Positions 37,751-55,700 of a stretch of DNA of 64,000 nt are shown piece by piece. This DNA comes from Macrostomum lignano (lineage: Eukaryota). Every line of letters starts with the position of its first letter. Position 1 is the stretch's first letter. The translations under genes were made by a program, and so were the position numbers. The stretch lies in assembly GCA_002269645.1 (NCBI GenBank), contig NIVC01000810.1:108620-172619 (forward strand), read 5' to 3'. The notes below the pieces were generated by a model that was not told where the DNA came from, did not search any database, and worked only from the letters and a program-made list of their open reading frames with translations.

Positions 37751-40700
37751 ATTCCTGCCTGTACATGTCAATTAAAATGGCTGCTTAGATTTCATTGGAC
37801 AACAGTTGCAGTCTGGGATTAAGTTCTAGGATATAAAATAAAAGATTGCGGTCTTCGGCTGATGCAGGTTAAGTCTTATCAAAGAAAAGTTTCATAAATT
37901 TCCTAATTTACTTGATTCACCATTGCTGAGTTTCTGGAAGCCCTCGCTAACTAGTGCTCTGCTCAAATTCCACTGCAAGAATCGCAGAGTAGCAGACTGC
38001 AATGGACGGTCGGCTGATCCTGATGATTTTCGGATGCAGCTTGTGCTGCTTGAGATTTTGTGAGTCTGTGAAAAAATCCTAATCTATGGGAAGCAAGAGG
38101 AGATTTCAGGCAGAAAAGTCTTTTAAAAGTACTTCTCAGACTTCCTTCAACTTCGAGGAGATTCTACCCTCTGGGAAACTTCTGCTATCAACATTCTCAA
38201 CGTCTGGAGTTTTTCTCTTTGTTTAACTTTGAAGTCGTGAAAAACGTTTCAAGGTCGTGCCATCAAGGTCTCCAGAGCGGAGATCGCCAATGCCTGGTAA
38301 TCTTCTGTCTACAATCACGCAGGCTGCGATTGCTTCATCAGATCAATGGACAAGCCAGGGCAGTGGACCTATTTTCATACCAGCGACACTCCGGACCCCT
38401 CCGGCTACCAGTGGCTGCTGCTGAAGCTGACTCGAAGTGTCCCAGTGCGCTCCATCACTGTCTATGGGAGGCAGGAGGGTGAGTCCTCCCTCACATTTCA
38501 ATATTAATCTGAACGATATATTGAATCAGATATTCTCACTAAACTTTTCTCAGAGAGCCACAGAGCCCTGGGCATCGAAGTGCTGCTCAGTGAGGAGAAG
38601 CCAGCCGGTCTGGATGAGGATGCACCCAACTGCACTGCAGACAATTTGAGTCAGAGTCTTTCCAGATTACAACACTGCGGCTTCACCAGAAATGACAGCA
38701 ACAACTCACATGAAGTGACCTGCTCAGCTGAGGCCGATGTCAAGGTTTGTCACCCAGTTGCTGCAACTCTTTCAATATTGGAATTCGCAGTGCTGCAGCA
38801 TCGCATTGCAGATGGCGCAGTATGTGCTGCTGAGGAAGTTCGTGGCCAATCAGACTGACAAGGTGATGAACTTTGTGCTGCTTGAAATTGAAAAAGGGGA
38901 CTGCTTTCGGCCTAACAAAGACAGCAGCTCTGGTTGCTCTCCAGCTGACTTCTGCAGGCTTTATCAGAGCGGATGCTTTGTGGAAGACTTGTCTCAGCTG
39001 AGACTCGGTAATGAAGCGATGATTCAAGCTCGACTGCCAGGAAACTGCAGAGCACCTGCTGCATCAAACTGCAGCATCAGAATGCGGAACGGCAGTGATC
39101 TCTTGTATTTAAATATGGTAAAAATTCGACTAAGAATACTTGAGCTTGCACCTGATATGGGAATCAAACAGCAAAGGTGGAAATTCACATTTCAGAGTGC
39201 GGTCTCGGCCAGCTCTCTGATTCGGAGAACTTTTAGAGTGCGGCTGTGGATGCACGGGGCGGATTTGAAGTGCCAACACAGCTGCAGTGGTGGGACTGCG
39301 ATTGGCACTTCGCACACACTGGGTGTGCAGTCCGCCAGTGAGTCAGTCTGGCAATCAGTTTTCCTGCTGTCACAGAATTCTGCATTGAAACTGCACACAC
39401 GATTTGAATGCGGCGGGCTTAAAGACCTGCAGAGCCCTGCACCACTCACTACTCAAACCCTTCCAGAGCCCTGCACCACTCACTACTCAAACCCTTCCAG
39501 AGCCCTGCACCACTCACTACTCAAACCCTTCCAGAGCCCTGCACCACTCACTACTCAAACCCTTCCAGAGCCGTGCACCACTCACTACTCAAACCCTTCC
39601 AGAGCCCTGCACCACTCACTACTCAAACCCTTCCAGAGCCCTGCACCACTCACTACTCAAACCCTTCCAGAGCCCTGCACCACTCACTTTCTGCTCCCCG
39701 CAAACACCAGCTGGACAGACGGAGCAGCCGTCAATCTGACAGCTGACACACCGGGTTGCTACTGGATGCCAATCAGCCACAGCTGCTCTGTGCAGTCACA
39801 GCGAAATGGAAACATAGCGCTTCAGCTGCTGTCAGTGAGTCTCAAACTGGCCCATGGTTGCACCTGTGTATTGGGTCCATGGCAACAATGACCTATAATT
39901 TAGCTGTGAAAACTGACTCATTTCAGAGCACGAACTCAAGCAGCACATTCTCAGTGACTGTGAGCAGGAGCTGGGGAAGCTCAGCATCAGTTTTGTGTCG
40001 GGTGAACCAGTCAGGACTGTTCGATGTAACGGCTCGTCGCGAGCTGCCTGCAGTTTTGTGTATGAGTCCATGTACTTCTGCTTGTTCTTGGATGCATGTT
40101 CCCAGTTCACCAGTTAGATCCAATGTGGAACCAGTTCACCAGTTAGATCTAATGCGGAACCAGTTCACCAGTTAGATCCAATGCGGAACCAGTTCACCAG
40201 TTAGACCCAATGGGGAACCAGCTCACTAGTTGCATCTAATGCAGAACCAGTTCACCAGTTAGATCCAATGCAGAACCAGTTCACCTAGTTGCTATAATAA
40301 ACTGCATTTCAGACCGCAGCTCCGGCCTGTCAATCAAGCTGCCTCCCGGACGAATCCGCAGTGGAAGAGAAGCTCAAGTCACCCTGCAGACGCTGGAAAC
40401 AGGAAATCCGCCTGCTCAGCACTTCTGCTCAATCGGTGGAGCCAATCTGAAACAGCTCAGTGTGAGTTTCTCACTGAGAATTTTCAACGCAAAAATTATG
40501 CATAAATTTATAAATTACCGACTTTCCTGACTCCAGCAGCCATCTGAGTCAAGCGCTTCATCAGTGTGGCGACTCAATGCATCGGCCAGCCACAACCAGA
40601 TGAGAATCATCTGCCAGGTCGCTCAGACTCATGCAGACGGCACACTTGTATTCAATCAGTCTGTCAGCAGTGAGCAACTCGATGTGTCATGTGAGTGGAT

Positions 40701-41764
40701 TGCAGTTCAGCATCTCTGATCCATCAGCAACTCAGATTGCTGAGCCAATTAACCATCCATGCTCACACCTGCACGACAACAGACGCGTCAAACAGCTCAT
40801 GGAATGCAACTCAGCCTCTGGTGATGAAGGAGGGCGAGCCTGTGTCAGTCTCAGTTCGGTCAGTCGGTGGCAACCCAGAGCCCAGTCACCGGTGCTGGCT
40901 GCGGACGGCCGAGGGTCTCAGCACCAGCATGACCAGGGCCCAGAACAACCCCGAGGCTCAAAATCTAGGCGTTGAGACGCTGGTGGAATCTGAGTTCAGC
41001 TTGAGTTCCACAAGGCAGATGAACGGAGGCTCCTTGGAGTGCAGGGTCTCTCAGCATGGCCTCGAAGATCTGGATGGCAGATTCACACAGAACGTTACTG
41101 TGTATTGTGAGTTGTCAAAAGTTTGGTTAAAGTTGTTAATTGTGATAACTAATTGCATATTAAATTTAACAGCGTGAAATTTATAGCTTTGTGTGGGCTG
41201 AGAGGTCTTAATACTAGTATAATAAGAACAACAAAAGACGCAACCCAGAGGAGTCAAGTCTTGAGTAAGTCTCTGTAGAGGCTGGGGACAGCAGCTCTCA
41301 ACCTGGATCACGTCGCCGCGGGTTCAAGGAAGGTGAACGGGCGTTGCAGTTGGGCCCAACACTCTCGTCAACTCGAAAGCAGCCCCGAATACACCGAGTC
41401 CTCGTCAGGGTTCACGTCTCGGCGTTGTACAGCGGGAAGCAGCGCTTCTGCTTATTATTGATACTCAATCAAAGCATCCAATGAAAGAATTCCTATATTG
41501 AATATTTACTCAACTACCTTTGTGAATAGTTTTTCGTGACTATAATGGAGACTTAATAATCGCCTAGAATTTTAAAAAATTCCCTTCAGACCAAGCAGAA
41601 GCAAGTTTGTCGATCTCTTTCTTCAACGGAACCCATTTTAACACCACGCTAAGCCCGTCGAAGGAATGGAGAGGAAATCCCAGAGCCAGCGCTCAGTGCT
41701 TCATCGATGGGAACTCTACTGGCTCTGTGAGTCGCTCTGAAGCATGACATTTCCCAGGGGGGGG

Positions 41765-42052
41765 GGGGCGTAGCCCAGAGGTTCAGTGCGGCAAAATTAG
41801 AATCTCGACTTGCCTCTGCTCGTGCAATTAACGCCCAGCTTGAGGGCCAACCCCCAAGGCACAGTGAAGTGTACATGCCTAACGATAAATAAAGTTAGGG
41901 CCGCTGTACACTCCTGTGTGAGTGTGTGCCTGTGCGTATGACTGCCTACGTATCCGCGCGCTTGTGTGCCTGCTCAGGGGAGTCGGCGGAATGGGCAGCA
42001 AAGCCTCTCGCTGGTTGTGCGACAATGTCGCTTAAAGTGCGCCAGGGTGCAC
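41765..42052 (+). mobile_element. SINE family 1 copy in an intron of paralog D
   Basis: Reverse-complement match to 1975-2312 (ttgagggccaacc...cacagtgaagtgtaca...cttaaagtgcgccaggg), with a partial head ggggcgtagcccag. Confidence 0.65.
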
Positions 42053-42592
42053 ACAGACTCTGCCTCTATGCAAAAATGCATGACTGCATGAAACCAATAT
42101 TAAAAAACCATCTTCAGCCGTTTTTTAATGACTCCGTGGAGGATGCAGCAGTTCTGTCTGGCAACACTGACAGCTATCAAGAAAATATTACAATTTCTTG
42201 TTTGATTACACAGAGGGAAATCTTTAATTTCACGATAAAGCGGAGCTGTTCATCTTTGCAATCAGCAGGTAAGGCCGCTTATGTCTCCCTGTTGACATAT
42301 GGAGATCAACAGAAATGAACATTCGAGTAGCAATTATTAGAATTTTAGGAGTCACTAGATGCAACAAAGGGAAGTCGGACGAACAAAGCAGTTTTCTACC
42401 AGTTCTGTTCGGCCTGCTGTCGTTGCTGCTTCTAGTAGTTGCGTTATCGATTTACTTTTACCGAAAGCGCATCGGTGCGGGACCGTCGGCCCTCGAGCTG
42501 GAGCAGGAGTACAGGAAATCGCACTACCTGTACAGGGTGGGTAGCTTGGTTGCATTCCATAATTGGTATCTCATTTTTGATGTGCTGGCGCC

Positions 42593-42977
42593 CCTGGTGC
42601 TAAAGCCCCTGGTGCTAAAGCCCCTGGTGCTGGCGCCCCTGGTGCTAAAGCCCCTGGTGCTAAAGCCCCTGGTGCTGGCGCCCCTGGTGCTGGCGCCCCT
42701 GGTGCTGGCGCCCCTGGTGCTGGCGCCCCTGGTGCTGGCGCCCCTGGTGCTGGCGCCCCTGGTGCTGGCGCCCCTGGTGCTGGCGCCCCTGGTGCTGGCG
42801 CCCCTGGTGCTGGCGCCCCTGGTGCTGGCGCCCCTGGTGCTGGCGCCCCTGGTGCTGGCGCCCCTGGTGCTAAAGCCCCTGGTGCTGGCGCCCCTGGTGC
42901 TAAAGCCCCTGGTGCTGGCGCCCCTGGTGCTGGCGCCCCTGGTGCTAAAGCCCCTGGTGCTAAAGCCCCTGGTGCTG
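42593..42977. repeat. 15-bp GC-rich minisatellite in the last intron of D
   Basis: Units gcccctggtgctggc / gcccctggtgctaaa. Confidence 0.95.
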
Positions 42978-44084
42978 GTCTTATAGAGACGGAAGAGAGA
43001 ATAATTAGTTAATTACTATGCATTTAAGCCTCATCTACCTGAACCGGTTTACCCAGGACCTGTCCCGCATGGAGTACGCGACGGTTGTCAGTCCCGACCC
43101 ATCGGCCCCCCGTCTGTCGGACAGTCTCGAGACGATCTACGAGAAGATCATCGGACACATCGACGAGCACGGCGAGCTGGTGACGTCATGGGATATGTAG
43201 GGCTGGGGGATCGTAAGGCGATCAAGGCAGATGAACTTTTCTGTAACTAACAGGTGTGCTGTGCTGTAGACATCAAAGCTCAGCTTCTTCAAGTTCCGAT
43301 TTTTAAAAATTAACGGAGAGACTCCGAGAGAGACCCTCATTTACTCAAGATTTCTCTGTGCTTTTCTGTTTTTTATAGAGAATGACTTTTTTAAGCTTCC
43401 GAACTTTGTAATAACTATAATTATTTCGGCAAAGACTTTTGCTTCACTAATAGCTTATGATTGGTTATTCAGATATCTTTATGCTAACTAAAACTATTCC
43501 TGAAACTGCAACTGGCTGCTGTCGAAACATTACGAACTAGAATTTAATATTTTTATCAATAGTAGCACTAACGATGCCGTTTGAGATATTTTTATTCAGG
43601 CAGAATATATAAATGCTCAAAATTTACTAAAAATACCCGACAATAACAGGTATGGCGCGTTTACCATAAGCGCTTAAACCAAATTTGCTTTCCCCTGACG
43701 CATGCTCCCATCTGTTTGTGCATAATTAGTGGCTAATCTGGTAACGGATGTGTGCGCTAGCGGTGGTCAGCCGACCGGCTTTCTCACAGATTCACCAGCA
43801 ATCTACACTGAACCAGTTCAAGCGCTGATTTGGATATCAAATTTATTAATAGAGAGAGAAAACCGCTATTTAAAGTGGGCTTGGTTACAAATATCCGGGT
43901 TTGATGTTGATAGCTGCTATCAATATCGATTGATTTGCTTTAAATAGCACTGGTGAATGCTAGCCTATAGTGATGTTATTTCCATTGCAATCAACTTCAG
44001 TCCCTGAAGCTGTAGCCATGCCCCGATTAAACATTGGATCAGCTGCTGAGCCGCTTAATAAACATTGGTCTAATATGAAATTCT

Positions 44085-45012
44085 TCACCTCACCTCACCT
44101 CACCTCACCTCACCTCAGCTCACCTCACCTCACCTCACCTCACTTCACCTCACCTCACCTCACCTCACCCCACCTCACCTCACCTCACCTCACCTCATCT
44201 CACCTAACCTTACCTCCACCTCACCCCACCTCACCTCCACTCACCTCACCTCACTTCACCTCACCTCATCTCACCTCACATCACCTCACATCACCTCACC
44301 TCAGCTCATCTCACCTCACCTCAACTCACCTCACCTCACCTCCACTCACCTCACCCCACCTCACCTCCACTCACCTCACCTCACCTCACCTCACCTTACC
44401 TCACCTCACCTCACCTGACCTCACCTCACCTCACCTTACCTCCACCTCACCCCACCTCACCTCACCTCATCTCACCTCACATCACTCACCTCACCTCACC
44501 TCACCTCACCTCACCTCAGCTCACCTCACCTTACCTCAACTCACCTCACCTCACCTCACCTCACCTCACCTCACCTCACCTCACCTCACCTCCCCTCACC
44601 TCACCTCACCTCACCTCACCTCACCTCACCTCACCTCACCTCACCTCACCTTACCTCACCTCACCTCACCTCACCTCACCTCACCTCACCTCACCTCACC
44701 TCACCTCACCTCACCTCACCTCACCTCACCTTACCTCACCTCACCTCACCTGACCTCACCTCACCTCACCTTACCTCCACCTCACCCCACCTCACCTCAC
44801 CTCATCTCACCTCACATCACTCACCTCACCTCACCTCACCTCACCTCACCTCAGCTCACCTCACCTTACCTCAACTCACCTCACCTCACCTCACCTCACC
44901 TCACCTCACCTCACCTCACCTCACCTCACCTCACCTCACCTCACCTCACCTCACCTCACCTCACCTCACCTCACCTCACCTCACCTTACCTCATCTCACC
45001 TCACCTCAGCTC
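44085..45012. repeat. (CTCAC)n pentanucleotide array
   Basis: About 900 bp of visible pentamers. Confidence 0.97.
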
Positions 45013-45347
45013 ACCACTCAGCAATCATATTATTTGGATAGTCTATTACCTACTGGTACTATAGTATATTTATGCATACTTTTATGCTGATCTTGTTATA
45101 TTTTTTATTAAATCAGTCGATTTTTCAATTTGATTCTGTTAGAAAATGAGTTCGAGAAAAATCGTTGCATTATCACGACACGTTTGAAAAACGTATGCAA
45201 ATATTTATTCTAACAAATCTAGCAAGCTACTGTTAGTAGTTCAACAGAACAAAGGCTAAGTGGATGCGTGTGAGCCATTCTATTAAGACTAGCTGTGATA
45301 TTGGAAGGTATTAAATAACTGTTAGTGAAGATTAGTCCCGACTCCAA

Positions 45348-51543
<6,196 letters not shown>

Positions 51544-51701
51544 TATTAAATACTGTTGGACTGTTTAGTATTATTATAAGTCAATTCTTTAATGTCGTCT
51601 TGCAGTTTTTTAACATTCACAGGTTTATAGGCTTTATACACGTGTATTCACTACGCATCCAGTCAAGGTTTATATTATTTACCGTCGGTTCGTGTAGGGA
51701 C

Positions 51702-51848
<147 letters not shown>

Positions 51849-52790
51849 AAGAGCTAATGAAACAGGCACTAAACCAGCTTGTTTAGGTAGCCATGTGTGT
51901 GCACCAGCCTACCAATTACACTCGTACATTCAATCATTTATAATAGCTATAGTGGAACAAGATTCTTCGCGTTACGATCGAGAAGGCTTAAAAGATCCAA
52001 TGATTGTCTCAAAAGTATAATGACATTCCACTAATAATGTGCAAGTGCCGAAGGAAGGGAGTTCGCAGCCAAAGAATGTACGTTTTTTATAGTAAAAAGT
52101 TATATGTAAGGTAATTAATATTACAATCGTTTTTAAGAAAGAAAAAGCAAGAAATAAGAATAGCGTAAAAGAAAAAATACAATAAACAAATACTTAGAAG
52201 GCTGGAAAACACTGGCGAACGGCGAACAGACAGATCAATTGATTTTTTTCAAACGATAACATATAAAAACGTACACAACACAGAGCATGCACGTAATAAT
52301 AAAAAGCAAATAAAATTCAGATAGTGTATCCGTCGGTACTTCTAGCATAAAACATTTACTCCTTTTTCTTTTTTTTGTTTTGCTGTGAATGCACAAAATC
52401 TAATGATTTTTAGGAATACCGTTTTTTAGTGTAACAATTCTAAATTTTATTGCCTTCCTTTTTATTATATAGCTTCGATATACTCTTCGCTATCTTAAGT
52501 CAAGAATACCGACGGGTTTAAATAATGCAGCAAACAGAGTAAAACAAATGTCTTGTTATAGAACGGTCAAAAAATTAAAAAAATGTTTAAAGAACCTATG
52601 TTTCATATAATTTTCCGTTGAAAAAATATTAAATTCTTTTTACTTCTCTTCTTGTGCACAAAGATGTTTGGTGTTTTGGAACTATGGTACCTTTTAACTT
52701 CAATATAATTTTCTTTTATTGATAACAAGCTTCACACCCGTTTATCTGATATTTAGTCTTCGAATACTATTTCATATTTTAAATTTGAAA

Positions 52791-55700
52791 ATGAAGAACA
52801 GTCAAGAGAAAGATGAAGAGCCTGAACCTACAGTCGAATCAGAAGACATCCAGGAAAGAATTCAAGCAAGACGTCTGCGTATCGAACGACGCATTGAAGC
52901 ACAAAGAAGGTACGGTTACGGAAATACTGCATAAAGGCGTTTTAAATTTAAAGTTATGGGAAAATTAAGTAAGGCAGATATAGTTTTCATTAGCTCTCGT
53001 GCACGACTTTTCAGTACAACTTATTTTATTTGTGCATATATCTATAAAATCTTATGCAACAATAAAAGTCCTTGTTTTTCCATTTCAATAATGCTAAAAA
53101 ATTATCATTTACTTCACCTATGTAGCAAACGAGTTCATAGAATTTATAACTATCTTATAATTTTAAACCTGCTTTTGAAACTTATCTTTTGTTAAGCATG
53201 AAATGATCCCAGCTTTTTCCTTTACTAAACTACTACAAAATCATATTAGTTTGGCTATCATATAATATTCTGTGGGAGCATATTAATTTATCTCATAGAC
53301 ATTATTGATATCTCATAGACATATTGATATCTTAATTTAAATGACTTTGCTTATTTTAAACTTTACTGTTTTAAATTTTAATGAAAAATCATAAAATTCA
53401 AAAGCTATTGAAAGACTGTCAACAAAATTTACTAATAATTTTGATATTTATAAAGCATACATAGTATACATTGCTTAATTGAGAATTAAAAAGTAGGAGA
53501 TTTGATTTCCCGTCTATCTTCCTATGAGCTACTATCAGATATATTAGAAAAATAGAAATTATTGTCAAGGTTTTTTACATTTTAGATAACAGAGAACGAA
53601 GTCATTGAAATCTAAATCGATACTTATAAATATTAATTTGTTTTAATTTTTTAAAAACTACTTTTTTAGAAATATACTGTTCATTAGAAACAGTAAAGCT
53701 TAGTTCGACAAGTTTAAATCGAAGTGCCTACATGGTTAACCCAAACACAATCTCCAGGGCCGAAGGCACAGACGAGGAGGAGGGCGTGAAGATCGAGGAG
53801 CTCAGCAAGAGCCTGAAGCAGATTGAGGCCAGCCGGCAGCGCAACACGAAGCTGCTGCGCGACGGCAACGAGTTTCTCACCAACGTCCGCGTTGCTGGCG
53901 ACGCCAGAGAGAACGCGCGCCGCATCGAGGATGACGAGGCGCGTCGACTGCGGCGAGAGAAGCTGGAGGCCGAGGCCAAGGCCGCCACAGAGAAGTTCGA
54001 CGACATCACCAAGAAGTGGGAGATCGCGTTGCAGAAGGAGATTCCGCAGGTAGGGATTATTTAAAGGCATTTTTAGAGCTTGCTGAGTAGACAAACAGAC
54101 GAATAGACAAACAGACAGACAGACACAGACAGACAGTAAGGCAGAAACTAGGATTCTGTCACAAACAAAGAGACGCTGAGACATACAGTCAGACAGACAG
54201 GCAGACATACAAACACTAAGGCAGAAAATAGGATTCTGTCACAAACAAAGAGACACTGAGACATACAGTCAGACAGGCAGGCAGACATAAAGGCAAGAAG
54301 ACGCAGGTACACAGACGAAAACACACGCAGAGACAAGCACTAAGACAGATAAGTGGATATTAAGCATGCGATGCCTAATATCCAATATCCTAAAATATTC
54401 TCAGGATCTGCACGAGATGCTGCAAGCTCAGCAGGAGGGCTGCGACTCGCTAATCGACGAGAAGAACAAACTCATCAACGAGCTGCTATTCGAGCTCAAA
54501 GCCAAAGACGAGCTCTACGTGAAAGAGTTGAAGAAACAGTCGGAAGAAATCGACCTGCTGGTGGAGCGAATGGAAGAGCAGGTGCGAACCATGACTCGAG
54601 CCTACAAGCAGGAGCTGCTGCAGATTGAAAAGGCTTTCGTTCAACAGCGGGAGGACACGATGGAGCGACAGACGTCGGATTGGGAGGCGTTGATGAAGCA
54701 GATTGTGGACCGGCAGAACGAGTACCTTCAGGCCAGGCAGCTCCGCGTTGACGACTTCGAGGATCAGCTGAGCGCCCTGCGAACCCAACACGCCGAGGAG
54801 TTCAACGAGTTGAAGGTCACTCTCGAGCAGGACGTCGAGCGGCTGCAACAGCAGGTGCAGATGATGAAGGCTACGTTTCAGCTGAACCTGGAGAAGCTCG
54901 AGTACAATTTTCAAGTGCTGAAGAAGCGCGAAGAGGATAACACGCAGACCAAATCGCTGCAAAAGCGAAGGATCACCCGGCTGCAGGACGCGCTGAACAA
55001 CCTGCGAGTGAAGCTGCGCAAGCAGGAGAAGGACTTCAAGCAGCAGAACGAGCAGCTCACTGAAGATTACAGGTGAGTTTCTTAATCCGTGCTATTGGTT
55101 CTGATATTAACTTAGTTATGTGCTGCCTACAGTGTTTAGGGGTGAGATGTGTGCTTCCTCGGATGCTCAGGTGTGAGGTGTGTGCTTCCTCGGATGCTCA
55201 GGTGTGAGGTGTGTGCTTCCTTGGATGCTCAGGTGTGAGGTGTGTGCTTCCTCGGATGCTCAGGTGTGAGGTGTGTGCTTCCTCGGATGCTCAGGTGTGA
55301 GGTGTGTGCTTCCTCGGATGCTCAGGTGTGAGGTGTGTGCTTCCTCGGATGCTCAGGTGTGAGGTGTGTGCTTCCTCGGATGCTCAGGTGTGAGGTGTTT
55401 GCTTCCTCGGATGCTCAGGTGTGAGGTGTGTGCTTCCTCGGATGCTCAGGTGTGAGGTGTGTGCTTCCTCGGATGCTCGGGTATGAAGTGTGTGCTTCAT
55501 CGGATGCTCAGGTGTGAGGTGTGTGCTTCATCGGGTGCTCAGGTGTGATGTGTTTGCTTCCTCGGGTGCTCAGGTGTAAAGTGTGCTTCGTCCGATGTAG
55601 AGACGAAGCATGGGTGTCTTTAGATGCTTCCTCAGACCCTAGTATGGGGAGTATAGCCATTTGCAAGTTTCCTAGGTAAAAAAAATCCATCCAGACTTCC

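Larger units (their letters stand above)
38002..43200 (+). pseudogene. Receptor paralog D: same 14-exon architecture as C, with a premature TAA in exon 2
   Basis: Exons 38002-38059, 38254-38478, 38554-38744, 38791-39117, 39196-39337, 39671-39834, 39927-40059, 40313-40461, 40537-40690, 40783-41106, 41590-41726, 42118-42268, 42349-42536, 43057-43200. TGG TAA at 38295-38300 stands where B and C have TGG CAA. All other exons are open and in phase. Confidence 0.75.

Noticed and set aside
43970-45064. 364-aa HLTSP-repeat ORF, and similar repeat ORFs at 42315-42986, 46547-48164, 48542-49640 and 49548-50003
   Set aside because: They are produced by simple repeats, or by intron repeats read through from real exons.
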